The notes: generated from the sequence alone by a model not told the origin. 64,000 bases of DNA from Sedimentisphaerales bacterium (GCA_963663805.2 CAXXMR010000020.1:64001-128000), one strand, 5' to 3'. Positions 1 through 11,218 are shown, counted from the first letter of the stretch. Program-made: numbers and translations.

Positions 1-2145
1 GTCCCTTCGGGCAAACGCAAGGCCCGGATGCAGCGGAAAGTTTATCCGTTGGAGCTGGAAAAGCCGGGTATGCAGAACCGGGAATATCCGACGGTGCTGC
101 TGACGAACGGGCGGGGGATTATCTCGCAGTGTCCAGCGATGCCGGGGATTCTGAACAGCAAATACGATACAATCTTCGCGATTTCCCCGGATACTGATTC
201 GCCGACGGAGCGGGTTTCGCTGGGCAGAATGGTGCGGGAGACGGTTCAGGTCGGTCAGAAGTATTTCGACCTGGACGGCAGCTTCGTGACGAAATTTACG
301 CGTTATCCGCAGCCGATGTGGGAATTTGTTTATGATGACGGGGAATATTATTTGCGTATCGAACGCTGGATGATAATGGCCCATGATGAGAATACGCTTT
401 ATTTGCGTTATAAGCTGGTCGAGGCCAATACGCCGATAGTTTTTATCGTCAAGAGTTATATCGAATGCCGCAGTCCGCATAACAATCTTTCGGCGAACGA
501 TATGCGTCAGAGTGATTACGGCAGGTCGTGCCGGCGGATGGAGGGGCAGGTTGGCTATCAGTTCACGGCCGATGCCGAATGTGACTTTGTCGGTGCTGGC
601 CCGGCGGGGTGATTTTCTGGCAGAGCCGCACTGGTTGAAGGGTGAGTCAATCAAGCAGGATGCCGAACGCGGTCTGGCCGACCACAACCGACGCTTACAG
701 TCCGGGTATATTCACCGCCGAGCTTCATCGTTCCGAGAGTCAGGGTGATTACTTTGACGGCGGATGCTCTGGCAGGTGCGAATCTGAGTACGCACCGGGC
801 TATGACTGCTGAATCTAAGCGTTTGAAGGATTTGGCTTCTCAGGTTTCGGCGGGTGGGGGCTCGCAAAGACAATTATGTAAGAATGCTGATTGGGGCGCT
901 GGACCAGTTTATCGTAAAGACCAAACGGGGTTATCAACTGGTGGGCGGTTATCCGTGGCTGCCGGTGGGTACTCGTCAGGCTTTGCATTGTGTGGGCGGT
1001 TTGCTGGCGGCAGGGCGGGAGGATGTCGCTCGTGACGTGATTTTGCAGTCGGCAGGGACTGTTAAGGATGGTATGGTCGGCGATTGGATTAGCGGTGCCG
1101 AGCAGGGCTGGACCAATGTTGAAGGCACGCTTCGGCTTTTCCTGGCCGCGAGTGAATACGTGCGTCATACCGAAAACGATTCCATCTGGGGACGCTACCG
1201 CGGGGCTGGATAAGTGTCTGCGGAGTGTGCTTGTCGAAATGTTTGAGGTGCTCAGTCAGAGCTATGTTGCCGGTGAAAAGCCGCGGGTTTCTCTGGATGA
1301 TGACAGCGGATTATTATATTCCCCGCCGGGTGGCACCTGGATGAATACAACTTATCCGCAATCCTACACCGCGGGGTGGTTATTCGGTGGAGATTCAGGC
1401 GTTGTGGTATGAGGCATTGGCAGTGATAGCTGAGCTTAGCGGAGCCCATACTGAAAAGGCCGAGGGGATACGGGAAAAACTGCGTCAGAAATTTATGCCG
1501 CTGTTCTGGAATCAGCCGCGTGGTCATCTGGCTGATGTGCTTTTGGCTAACCCGGCTTTGCCGGTGGGCAGAGCGTTGGTTGATACTTCGCTGCGTTTCA
1601 ATCAGCTTTGCCGCCATCAAGTATGGGCTGGTATCGCGGGAGCAGGCGAGGCAGATTGTCGATGGTATTGCTCGTCATTTACTCATTCCGGGCGGGATAC
1701 GTTCGCTAGCGGAAGAGCCGGTAACGGTGCCGCTGCGGATAACTGGCGAAAACGGTGTGTTACTGAACGACCCGCGTATGCCGTATTGCGGGATATGCAC
1801 CGGCGACGAGACGGCCCGGCGGATGGCTTATCATAATGGTACTGCCTGGCCGAGTGCATTCCCTGATTTTATCGAAGCACGGGCGGCGGTTTTCGGCTAT
1901 TCGCATCTGGCGGTCAAGCAGGCACTGGCGTTTTTTGAGCCGGTCTGGTCGCATCTGGAATACCTCCGGCATTGGCACGCTTTCGGAAATGCTGGACGGG
2001 CAGTTATCCCCATATCTCCAGAGGCTGCTATGCCTACAGCGTGGCGGTGGCGGAAACTTTGCGGGTGTATATTGAGCTGAAATACCGCCAGAACCATCAT
2101 GGCGAACACGCGGTGGTGCTTTCGACCGAAGATTTGAGTCTTTGA
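1..2145 (+). pseudogene. Glycogen debranching enzyme / amylo-alpha-1,6-glucosidase, 5'-truncated by the window edge and multiply frameshifted
   Basis: Successive ORF fragments carry GDE motifs (LLTNGRG, ALDQFIV...GGYPW, GGTWMN, VEIQALWY, LRFNQ, YHNGTAWP) in alternating frames; the last frame ends at TGA 2143-2145. Confidence 0.8.
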
Positions 2146-2214
2146 TTTTTAGTTAGATTCCGTTTACCATTGCTCTTTTGCTTAACGGAAACCTGATAGT
2201 AGAAGAGTGGATTT

Positions 2215-3383
2215 ATGTACGTAGTGTTTTTGGCGATGGTCGCGGCGGTGCCGGCTTTGGCGACGGATATGTATCTGGGGGCGATACCGGGGGATTGCTC
2301 AGCAGTGGGGTTGTCCTGAGTCGCGGGTTCATTTGTCGCTGATATTCTGGTTCCTGAGCTTTTGCGTTTTTTCTGCTGGTTTGGGGGCCGGTTTCAGATA
2401 AGTACGGCAGGCGTCCCGTACTGGTGGGCGGGATGACTTTGTTTGTCGGTGCGACATTTTTGTGTTCGTTTTCACAGAGTGTGACAGAGCTGGTTTTGTT
2501 TCGTGTTTTTCAGGGGATGGCCGCGGCGGCTCCTTCGGCGATGTGTATGGCCATTTGCCGTGATAAATACGAAGGCCACATGCGTAAAAAGATTCTGGCC
2601 TATATAAGCATTATCCTCGGACTGACCCCCATGATCGCGCCCATGATAGGGGCTCTGATATTGAAGTACAAGCGTGTGGCAGAATATTTTTTGTAGCTCA
2701 GGGACTGTTCGCTTTGATAACCTGGGCGGCTATAACGCGTTTTAAGGAAACGAATCTGGGATAAGTTTCAGGGCAGTTTGCCCAGGGCATTTCTGCGTTA
2801 TTACAATCTGGTTCTTAATAAGCGATATATGCTGTGCAATAACGCGTTGGGTCTGATAGCGGGACCGTTTTTTGGTTTCCTGGCGTTTTCCTCAATTGTC
2901 TATATCAGTATTTACGGCCTCACCGAGCAGACCTTTGGCTATCTTTTCGGCCTGAACGCCTTGTCCGCGATGGCGGGCGCTTTTGTCTGTACACGACTGA
3001 CGAATCGTATTTCCGATGTAAAGCTGCTGACGATATGTTTTGTCGGCTGTGCCGCGGGCGGGTTGGGGCTGCTGCTGTTTGGGCGGGTTCATTACCTGTG
3101 TTTTACCCTGTTTATGTGTCTGATAACCTTTTTCGCGGGCATGTCACGCCCGATGAGCACGAATATTATCCTGGAGCAGGTGCAGGCGGATATTGGGACG
3201 GCATCTTCGTTTATCGTATTTTACCAGTTTGTCGTTGGTGCTGTTTGCATGTCGATAGTATCGCGTCCCTGGGAAAATCCGATACGGGTCTTTTCCTTGC
3301 TGACACTGATAGTGCCGCTGATAGTGCTAGCGACCTGGCCGATGCTTTTGGGTATGTTGAGGCGGAGCGGACAGGAGTTTTAG
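2215..3383 (+). pseudogene. Bcr/CflA-family MFS drug efflux transporter, frameshifted
   Basis: ATG 2215 gives MYVVFLAMVAAVPALATDMYLG; GPVSDKYGRRPV motif; fragments 2424-2696 and 2778-3383 are hydrophobic MFS helices. Confidence 0.8.
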
Positions 3384-3514
3384 GAGATGCCTGATGGATA
3401 GGTCATTGTTCAGGCAAATTAAAGGTGTTGAGTATTAAGTATTAATTTATTATTCTGTAGATAGTTACAGTCAAGTTATCAAATCATTTTTTTTCGCGGT
3501 GGGCCCAAATTTGA

Positions 3515-3544
3515 TTGACACGGTGGCAGGGGGGGGTCTATAAT
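3515..3544 (+). promoter_or_regulatory. Consensus sigma70 promoter TTGACA-N18-TATAAT with a G8 tract in the spacer
   Basis: TTGACA 3515-3520, TATAAT 3539-3544, about 50 bp upstream of ATG 3597. Confidence 0.7.
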
Positions 3545-3596
3545 GCCTCATCGGTCCGATAATGTTTTATTGCTGTTTTTTTATGGAGATTTTGCG

Positions 3597-5199
3597 ATGA
3601 AAAGAGGGTTGAAAATTCTGGTGGTTGCTTGTTGTTTGTTTTGCGGTTAATCCCCTTGGGGCTCTTTGTCCGACGATGGACTTTACCGGCGATTGCCGCG
3701 TCGATTTGGAGGATTTTGCCCTCTTTGCCGCGCAGTGGCTGGATGAGGGCATCCCTTCGGACCCGGCCCAGATGACCTGGGTGTCCATCTCTGACCCCGG
3801 CGTTGTCGGCCAGGAAGGTTTTATCGGTGAGATGGGCAAGTATGAAGTCAGCAATGACCAGTATTGTGCGTTCCCTTAATGCCGCGCTGATTACTGAAGA
3901 CATTGTTGTGGAGGGTACTTATGTCAAAAGGGGCCACGGGCACGAATCCAGGCGTGGATTTTGCGGGCCAAAATTATTACGACTTGTCGGGAGCTGGGTT
4001 ATACCGTCAATGGAGCTGTTAACGGCGGGGCGGCCAGAATTAACTGGACCGGTACTTCTTTTACCGTTGATGCCGGTTTTGAGAACCACCCGGTGACCTA
4101 CGTAAGCTGGTACGGCGCGACGTCTTTTGCCGGCTACTATGGGTATCGGTTGCCCTCTGAGTGGGAATGGCAGGCCGTTGCTGACTTTGATGGTACTTAC
4201 AACTACGGCTGCGGGACTACCATCAACAACAGCATCGCAAACTATTATTCTTCAGCCCATCCGGATGGTACAAGTGTGGGCGGTGCCTTTGGGGTATATG
4301 GCTATGGCCTGGCTGATATGGCCGGCAATGTCTGGGAATGGACTTCATCTCCCTACGGCAGTAATCTTTATGCCCTTCGTGGAGGCTTCTGGACGGCCAG
4401 CCCAAGTAGCTGTGATGTCTCTTTTCAACACAGTGACAGTTCGAGCAGTACCATTTACAATATCGGCTTTCGTGTCTGCCGTATGCCCGAACCTGACCTG
4501 ACTTGGATTTTTGTTGATGAGGCCAACTTTAGTGGTGCTATCAGCAAGTACGAAATCACCAACGCTCAGTATTGCCGATTCCTCAACGCCGCTCTGACTT
4601 CGGGCGACATTACGGTTGATGAGGAGGAATCTATTGTTTATGGGGCCGCTGGTTCCAATTCCGGCACGGATTTTGTAGGAGAGTACTATTACAACTTCAA
4701 CGGTGTGGGCTGGTCGATAGACGGTGCAACCTTGGGCGGTTCGTCAAGAGTCCTTTACGGCAATGGGATGTTCTACGTTGATAACGGCTATGATGATTTT
4801 CCGGTGACCTTTGTCAGTTGGTATGGCGCGACGGCGTTCTGTGAATATTACGGCCTGCACCTGCCCAGCGGGGCCGAGTGGCAGGCTGTCGCCGATTATG
4901 ACGGTACTTACAACTACGGTTGCGGAGTGACTATCAGTAATAGTATCGCTAACTACGAAGGTTCGACCCATCCTGAGGGGACTAGCGTTGGCGGAACTTA
5001 TGGGGTTTACGGTTACGGCATAGCCGACATGGCCGGAAATGTCAGTGAGTGGATTACGGATGTCCCCTATAACCCGGAGAGTCGGTATGTGCTGGGTGGG
5101 GCCTGGAACAGTATTGGTATCTATTGCCAGATTTTTAATTGGGGTTCTATGGGCATCGACTACATGGGGCCGCATATAGGTTTCCGTCCCTGCTATTGA
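3597..5199 (+). CDS. Secreted protein with N-terminal dockerin-like motif and two tandem formylglycine-generating-enzyme (FGE/SUMF1) domains; 5' part frameshifted
   Basis: DFTGDCRVDLEDFALFAAQWL; MGKYEVSN; two copies of PVTxVSWYGA...LPSxxEW...DMAGNVxEW...GFR. Confidence 0.8.
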
Positions 5200-5224
5200 G
5201 TTTTATTTTAGAAGATGTTAATGA

Positions 5225-5260
5225 GCCGCCGATTCGGGTTTTCCGGGTCGGCGGTTTTTT
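5225..5260 (+). terminator. Rho-independent terminator
   Basis: gccgccgattcgg-gttt-tccgggtcggcgg followed by T6, between convergent genes. Confidence 0.7.
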
Positions 5261-5281
5261 ATTGGATATTTTGCCGGAAAC

Positions 5282-6820
5282 CTATTTGCCCGTATAGCCG
5301 GAATATTCTTCCATGTCGGTTTGATTGCTAAGCAGAGGCAACTCAGCCTGGAAATATTTATTGAGGATAATCCGGAAGGTATTGACCGGGGTAAGGTCTT
5401 CCGGAAGAGTGCTGTAGCCAGTATCGGGGAAATATACGGCATTGAGGATGTATGAGGCGGTTTCGGTGGGGGTGTTCATCAGGTCGCCGGATTTCAGCAT
5501 GACGCGGTTGCCGTGGTCGGCCTGGAATATGATGATAGGCTTGGGGCCGGGGCGGTTTTGCAGGGACTCGATAATATCCATTACGCGCGAGTTGGTGTAG
5601 GTAATCTGGTTGAGGTAGAGGCGGATATATTCATCGAGTTCGGCCTGTTGGTTTTCGGTTGCCTGAAGGTCGTCGTGCAGGGTGAAATCCTTGAAGGTGG
5701 CAACTTCGCCGCCCTGAGCATCGAAAACAAAAGGCGGGTGGGGGCAAAGTACATGGGCGAAGACCAGGGCGGGGCTGATATTTTCGGGCATGTCGGCCAG
5801 GGTGTTGAATGTATTGAGGACACGCTGTCGGTGCCATTTGAAGCCCAGACCGCGGGTACTCGACAGGGCCGAAAGCGGGGTGGTATTGAGCAGTAACTGT
5901 TCGTATTCGTTCAGGGCGTAGGGGTCGGGGTTGAGAATGCGGTTGCTGTTGGGCATTTCGGTGCAGTAAAAGCCGGTGGGGAAGGTTATGGTTTGATAGC
6001 CGAATGGCTTGAGGAAGCCAAACAGCCGATTGTGACGGATAAGGTTGATGAGGTCTTTGACCGTGTGTTCGCCGGATTGGAGGTTGTCCAGATAATCAAA
6101 ATTCAAACTGCTGCAAAGCGATTTTTCCGTGAAGATATAATTTGACCTGCTTTGGTGAGCGACGAAAAACCTTTTGCTTTCGAGCAGGTTTATAAAATCG
6201 GAGTTGTCATAGCCGAAAACATCACGCAGCACGTCGTCGCGGCTGTATCCGTCGAGGATAATATAGTAAATGTCGGGAAGCATTTCGGGCTTAGCGAGAG
6301 TGGAAGCATCTGGCGTGAGTGTTTCAGCCTGGGTGGTGTGCGGTTTTTGCAGGTTGGTGAAAAACAGGCTCAGGGTCGGTATCAGCACGATGGTGAATGA
6401 CATTACGTTGAGCAGGCGGGTGAGTATATCGAATTTTTTTTTACTGAACCACAAGCAGACAAGAATCGCCAGAGTTGCCAGGGTGAAAATCGGCAACAGG
6501 TAAGTGTGCGTGCCGAGTATTTTGCCGAAAAGGTTGATTTGTCCCAGGCCGTGCTGACGCAGGTAGAAACGCAGATGACCGTAGGAGAAAAATGTGATGA
6601 TACAGGCTGAAAGCGCCAGGGCGGCTTTGAGATGATTGCGATAGATGATTTTTGCCAGGAGCCATAACAACGTAATTCCGCCGAGGATTATTAGTAACGG
6701 GCGGATTATCTGGTCGGCGGTTACCTGGTCGAGATTATGGCTGTAGAGAAAAATTATGGGGAACAGTACCAGACAGACCGGGTGAAAGGGCCGGATTTTG
6801 GCGGCTTTTTTTTCAGCCAT
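5282..6820 (-). CDS. Membrane protein with C-terminal sulfatase/alkaline-phosphatase-superfamily domain (NoeB-like)
   Basis: About 5 N-terminal TM helices; PDIYYIILDGY, HVLCPHPPF and IIFQADHG metal-binding motifs. Confidence 0.8.
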   Translation of the reverse strand: MAEKKAAKIRPFHPVCLVLFPIIFLYSHNLDQVTADQIIRPLLIILGGITLLWLLAKIIYRNHLKAALALSACIITFFSYGHLRFYLRQHGLGQINLFGKILGTHTYLLPIFTLATLAILVCLWFSKKKFDILTRLLNVMSFTIVLIPTLSLFFTNLQKPHTTQAETLTPDASTLAKPEMLPDIYYIILDGYSRDDVLRDVFGYDNSDFINLLESKRFFVAHQSRSNYIFTEKSLCSSLNFDYLDNLQSGEHTVKDLINLIRHNRLFGFLKPFGYQTITFPTGFYCTEMPNSNRILNPDPYALNEYEQLLLNTTPLSALSSTRGLGFKWHRQRVLNTFNTLADMPENISPALVFAHVLCPHPPFVFDAQGGEVATFKDFTLHDDLQATENQQAELDEYIRLYLNQITYTNSRVMDIIESLQNRPGPKPIIIFQADHGNRVMLKSGDLMNTPTETASYILNAVYFPDTGYSTLPEDLTPVNTFRIILNKYFQAELPLLSNQTDMEEYSGYTGK

Positions 6821-8228
6821 GCTTTTTGCTCCGCATAAGGTAGAGAGTGCGTTTGGATTCGTCGATAGGCTGCCGATGGATTATCTCGAACGATTGGCCA
6901 AAGGCGTCTTCGAAGCTGGGCTGGTCGTAGTTGCCGAAAATATCTTCCCGACTGGCCAGCAACCGCTGAACCTGTGAATCCTCTTTAGGTACGAACTCGA
7001 TAATAAGATGCCGCGATACTTCAGCCAGGAAATCGACGATTTTCGCGAAGGGCAGATTATTTGAAATCGCTAAATGATGAATCAACGCCAACGCCATCAC
7101 CGCGTCAGCTGGCCCTTGTTCTATAAAAGACGCTCTTTCGCGGTTTTCCCAGCCCAACGCGCCGCAGGGGTTGGTCAGGTCGAGTATCAAGGGCAAAATC
7201 CGTGTGTTATTTTCGTTCCGGCATTTTAGGTAATGCTTTTCTACCGCAACCGGATCTATGTCAAAGGCAACCGTATAAGAACCCGCTTGAGCGGCTATTT
7301 CGCTGAATACTCCTTCGTTGGCACCGATGTCCCAGGTGATTTTGGGGGAAATTTCGCGGAGATATTTCTCGGCCAGCTCCATTTTACGCTTCATAGCGGT
7401 CTGGTTGTAGTTTGTCTGCTGGTAATAATCACCCCATTCGGTATCAGCCAGTTGCCATTTCAGTTTTTCGACAGATGTTTTGAGGCTGTCGATTAGCCCC
7501 AGCCACGCGGTTTTACTTATCTTCCGTAAGGGAGCTTTTGTTTTGCTTTGGGCGTTGTCGGCGTATCGCTGCTGGCTGCGGGCGTGCAGAATAATGTGCA
7601 TTAGCAGCGACAAATTCAGCCGAGCCTTAAAAGGCAGCAGTTTCGCCGCCAAATCCAGAGGAATTCCGTCGATATAACTGTTCTGCAGATGCCCCAGGCG
7701 AATATCGCACATACTCATCAAGGCCAGCGGAGTCAGAAAATGTCGGCAGAACTGCTGATAACCCTGCCACGGTTGGCCTGTCTGATAAGCCGTGAAAGAA
7801 AGGGTATCGATAAAAGTCGCCTTACTGCCCAGAAACTGAATATTGTAAGCGGTGCTGTCCTTGAGGGTCATGCCGCAATCGAAGGACTCACGCAAAATTG
7901 TCAGAGTCGTAAGGGCCGCATCTTTTAGCTGAGTGAAACACCATTGGCCGGGCCAGGAAACAAAAGGGACATTCACAGGCCGGAGAATCTTGTAAGCCTG
8001 AGAATTATTTTCGCTATCAAAAGCGATTTCCTCATGCCCGATTAACAAATTACTCTCGCTCAACCTGTTGTATAAACCTGATTCAATCAGCTTATCGTAG
8101 TCGGTCCGATAACATTGATTGACCTGGCGAAAAATCTGCGAGTCTTGGCGATATACAAATCCACAGGGGTCGCGAAACGAGCCAGCCAGCGCCAACCGCT
8201 CCTGGGATAAATTAGTCATTTTGGTCAT
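6813..8228 (-). CDS. NoeA-like protein: kinase-like N-terminus plus class I SAM-dependent methyltransferase
   Basis: GSFRDPCG, LKDSTAYNIQF...FIDTLSF, WDIGANEG (SAM motif), ALALIHHLAI, IIEFVPKED. Confidence 0.8.
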   Translation of the reverse strand: MTKMTNLSQERLALAGSFRDPCGFVYRQDSQIFRQVNQCYRTDYDKLIESGLYNRLSESNLLIGHEEIAFDSENNSQAYKILRPVNVPFVSWPGQWCFTQLKDAALTTLTILRESFDCGMTLKDSTAYNIQFLGSKATFIDTLSFTAYQTGQPWQGYQQFCRHFLTPLALMSMCDIRLGHLQNSYIDGIPLDLAAKLLPFKARLNLSLLMHIILHARSQQRYADNAQSKTKAPLRKISKTAWLGLIDSLKTSVEKLKWQLADTEWGDYYQQTNYNQTAMKRKMELAEKYLREISPKITWDIGANEGVFSEIAAQAGSYTVAFDIDPVAVEKHYLKCRNENNTRILPLILDLTNPCGALGWENRERASFIEQGPADAVMALALIHHLAISNNLPFAKIVDFLAEVSRHLIIEFVPKEDSQVQRLLASREDIFGNYDQPSFEDAFGQSFEIIHRQPIDESKRTLYLMRSKKHG

Positions 8229-8424
8229 GGGAACGTTTCAGCAGAGAGGTGAAGAAGCCTTTGATATTGCCCCAGAACATCTTGATTGAAAACAATGCAC
8301 CCACAAAAGCGGCACAGAGAGCCTGGAAAATCATACTGCCGGTGCCAGGATCGAGGTAGGCCCAAGCGTAAGTAGGAGTAACGGCCAGTAAAATCAAACT
8401 CAATAGCAGGGCATGTTTAAACAT
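8212..8424 (-). CDS. Small membrane protein with YLDPGTGS motif
   Basis: Signal-like N-terminus ending AWA, then YLDPGTGS and a TM helix; AAGG upstream; overlaps the start of the methyltransferase gene. Confidence 0.75.
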   Translation of the reverse strand: MFKHALLLSLILLAVTPTYAWAYLDPGTGSMIFQALCAAFVGALFSIKMFWGNIKGFFTSLLKRSHDQND

Positions 8425-8846
8425 AGTATTACCTTTAATGTGTTGTTCTACCTAATCAATTTCGACGTTGATAGGGTGTTTACTTTAATGATAAGGGAGG
8501 GTTAGGGCGGAGCTTTGACGGGCTATTGGATAAAGGGTGTTAAGAATCTTAATCCTGAATCTCCCAGATTAACAAAATCCCCAATTTCTTCCGAAAAACG
8601 CCCGTGTAACGTCCGATAAAAGTAAAAATAGGTAAACTTGGTAATTTGGGTAAAATTTTTAATGGTTTTTCGCTCCTCCAGACGATATCTTCATTGTCGC
8701 GGGTAATGAGGCCCGGGTATTAAGGCCGGCCGACACGAAACAGGCCGGCAATAAAAGTAAGTAAGCAAAAAGGATTATTGCTATTTAATTGCCTGACAAA
8801 GAGTTAAGGATAACATCTTGACGGGCCCTGGCTGAGGAATGAGCTG

Positions 8847-9569
8847 ATGGATTTCGAATTAACCAAAATGCGTTACGTTGAGAAGCTTATCGATGGCGAC
8901 CGTATCGGATGCCGCACTATTTTGGGCGAAGCTCTCCAGACCGGAACTCCCGCAAATGTAGTCTATACCGACCTCCTCTGGCCCGTAATAACCGAACTGA
9001 ACAGACTTTACCGCGAACACCGCATTGATTGTGTCACCGAACATATGGCCACCAGAATCAATCGCACCCTCGTTGACCAGCTCCAGAGCAAACTGCCCCG
9101 CAAAGCGACCCGCAATCTGAGTATGTTAATCACCTGTGCTGATGACGAACCCGAAGAACTAGGTGCCCAGATGTGTGCTGACCTCTTCGAATCTGACGGC
9201 TGGGACGTAAAATTTGTCGGCGGCGGCGTTCCCAACGATGAGGTTCTGCGTCTGGTAGGCCGGTTCCGTCCTGATATTCTCTTTATTTACGGTACCAAGC
9301 CCAGCGGAGCGCCCGATGTTCGTCGTTTGATTGATACTATTCGTGAAATTGGTGTTTGTGAGAATATGCGGATAATGCTTTCCGGCGGGGTTTTTGCCCG
9401 TGCCGAGGGCCTCTGGGAAGAAATCGGGGCGGATCTTTTTGCTAATAGTGCTAAGGAAGCATTGAAAGTCGTTTTGACTGACCAGAGGGCTGAGCCGCAG
9501 AAGCGTAACAAACGTAATAAGAACACTACGTCTGTCGAAATTAATGAACTGGAGGCGGCTGCCGGTTGA
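8847..9569 (+). CDS. Stand-alone cobalamin-binding-domain protein (four-helix cap plus Rossmann B12 domain)
   Basis: Y-x9-EH cap motif, ADLFESDGWDVKFVG, RFRPDIL, IMLSGG, IGAD. Confidence 0.75.
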   Translation: MDFELTKMRYVEKLIDGDRIGCRTILGEALQTGTPANVVYTDLLWPVITELNRLYREHRIDCVTEHMATRINRTLVDQLQSKLPRKATRNLSMLITCADDEPEELGAQMCADLFESDGWDVKFVGGGVPNDEVLRLVGRFRPDILFIYGTKPSGAPDVRRLIDTIREIGVCENMRIMLSGGVFARAEGLWEEIGADLFANSAKEALKVVLTDQRAEPQKRNKRNKNTTSVEINELEAAAG

Positions 9570-9620
9570 TTTGGATAAGAAAAATGAGTGTGTCAGTGGT
9601 TTAGGAGCGGCACTGACATT

Positions 9621-9661
9621 AAAGCCCCACAGTGAATAACTTACCGTGGGGCTTATTTTTT
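9621..9661 (+). terminator. Rho-independent terminator
   Basis: aagccccac...gtggggctt stem followed by a T-run. Confidence 0.65.
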
Positions 9662-9754
9662 ACTAGACATTGGTCGAGATTATTTCGTTCAACGGCGGGT
9701 TTGCGGGGGAAGTAATTGTTGACGCTGAGAGGCTGTCGCAGTAGGATTTTTGGG

Positions 9755-11188
9755 ATGAAAACTACAGAAATATATGATAATCCGTTGGTTAGCCGGTATA
9801 GCTCGGCTGAGATGTTGAAGGTGTTTTCGCCGGCGTTCAAGTTTGGGATGTGGCGGCGGTTGTGGCTGGCACTGGCCCAGAGCGAGAAGGAGCTGGGGCT
9901 TGACATCAAGCCTGGTCAGCTCAAGGCTATGCGGGAGCATCTGGACGATATTGATTTCAAGCGGGCGGCCAAATACGAGAAAAAATTCCGGCATGATGTG
10001 ATGGCCCATGTCCATACTTTCGGCGACGCGGCACCGGCGGCACGGGGGATAATTCACTTGGGTGCGACGAGCGCTTATGTGGGTGACAATACGGACCTGA
10101 TACAGTTGCGGGTCGGACTGGAGCTTCTGCGGGGGCGGCTGATGCAGGTGATTAATTTGCTGGCGAAGTTCGCCAAAAAGCACCGGAAACTTCCGACGCT
10201 GGGTTATACCCATTTTCAGCCGGCCCAGCTGACCACCGTAGGCAAGCGGGCGACGCTGTGGTGTTATGATTTTGTGATGGATATCGAGGAAGTCCAGCAT
10301 CAGCTGGATATACTTTGTTTTCGCAGTGTCAAGGGCACGACGGGCACTCAGGCATCGTTTCTGGAGCTTTTCGGCGGGGACCATAACAAGGTCAAGCGGC
10401 TGGAAAAGATGGTGGCTAAGAAGATGGGGTTCAAGCTGATCCAGCCGGTGTCGGGCCAGACTTACAATCGTAAGATTGACGCTAATGTGGTTTCGGTGCT
10501 GGGTGGTGTGGCACAGTCGGCCCATAAGCTGGCCAATGATTTGCGGCTTCTGGCGAATCTGAAGCAGATGGAAGAGCCGTTCGGCAAGAGTCAGATAGGT
10601 TCGTCGGCGATGGCGTATAAACGGAATCCGATGCGTTGTGAGCGGGTGACGGCTTTATCACGTTATGTACTCAGTCTGGTCAGTTCGCCAGCCCTGACGG
10701 CCGCGGAGCAGTGGTTTGAACGTACGCTGGATGATTCGGCGAATAAGCGGCTGGCGGTGGCAGAGGCATTTCTGGCGGCGGATTCGATTCTAGTGATTCT
10801 AGCCAATGTGCTGGACGGGCTGGTGGTTTATCCCAGGGTTATCGCCGCGGCGGTTGATGCCGAATTGCCGTTTATGGCCACCGAAAATATCATGATGGCA
10901 GCGGTCCAGGCCGGCGGCGACCGGCAGGAGCTTCACGAGATTATTCGAGTGTACAGCCACGAAGCCGCCGCGGAAGTTAAGCTGCACGGCCGGCGGAATG
11001 ACCTCATCGACCGCATGAAAAAAGACCCCGCCTTCAAAGATGTTAATTTTAATGATGTACTGGATGCTAAGAAATACGTAGGACGCTCCCCGGAACAGGT
11101 CGATGACTTTATCAGCGATGTAATAACCCCCATCCGCCGCAAATTTGGCAAATACGCAAAACTTAACACGGTGGAATTGAAGGTTTAA
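9755..11188 (+). CDS. purB: Adenylosuccinate lyase
   Basis: RHDVMAH, HLGATS, GSSAMAYKRNP signature, ERTLDDSA. Confidence 0.95.
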   Translation: MKTTEIYDNPLVSRYSSAEMLKVFSPAFKFGMWRRLWLALAQSEKELGLDIKPGQLKAMREHLDDIDFKRAAKYEKKFRHDVMAHVHTFGDAAPAARGIIHLGATSAYVGDNTDLIQLRVGLELLRGRLMQVINLLAKFAKKHRKLPTLGYTHFQPAQLTTVGKRATLWCYDFVMDIEEVQHQLDILCFRSVKGTTGTQASFLELFGGDHNKVKRLEKMVAKKMGFKLIQPVSGQTYNRKIDANVVSVLGGVAQSAHKLANDLRLLANLKQMEEPFGKSQIGSSAMAYKRNPMRCERVTALSRYVLSLVSSPALTAAEQWFERTLDDSANKRLAVAEAFLAADSILVILANVLDGLVVYPRVIAAAVDAELPFMATENIMMAAVQAGGDRQELHEIIRVYSHEAAAEVKLHGRRNDLIDRMKKDPAFKDVNFNDVLDAKKYVGRSPEQVDDFISDVITPIRRKFGKYAKLNTVELKV

Positions 11189-11218
11189 GTAGTTGGCAAT
11201 ATAAACAGGGAATTATTG

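Noticed and set aside
3961..5199. Diversity-generating retroelement target (FGE/C-lectin fold with variable C-termini)
   Set aside because: No reverse transcriptase or template repeat with adenine-specific differences in the window; a remote DGR cannot be excluded.
8690..8846. Cobalamin riboswitch upstream of the B12-binding gene
   Set aside because: Only a gccggcc/ggccggc hairpin is visible; no B12-box consensus.
9689..10525. Long antisense ORFs over purB, uup, the HEAT gene and GNAT
   Set aside because: Shadow frames of well-supported genes.
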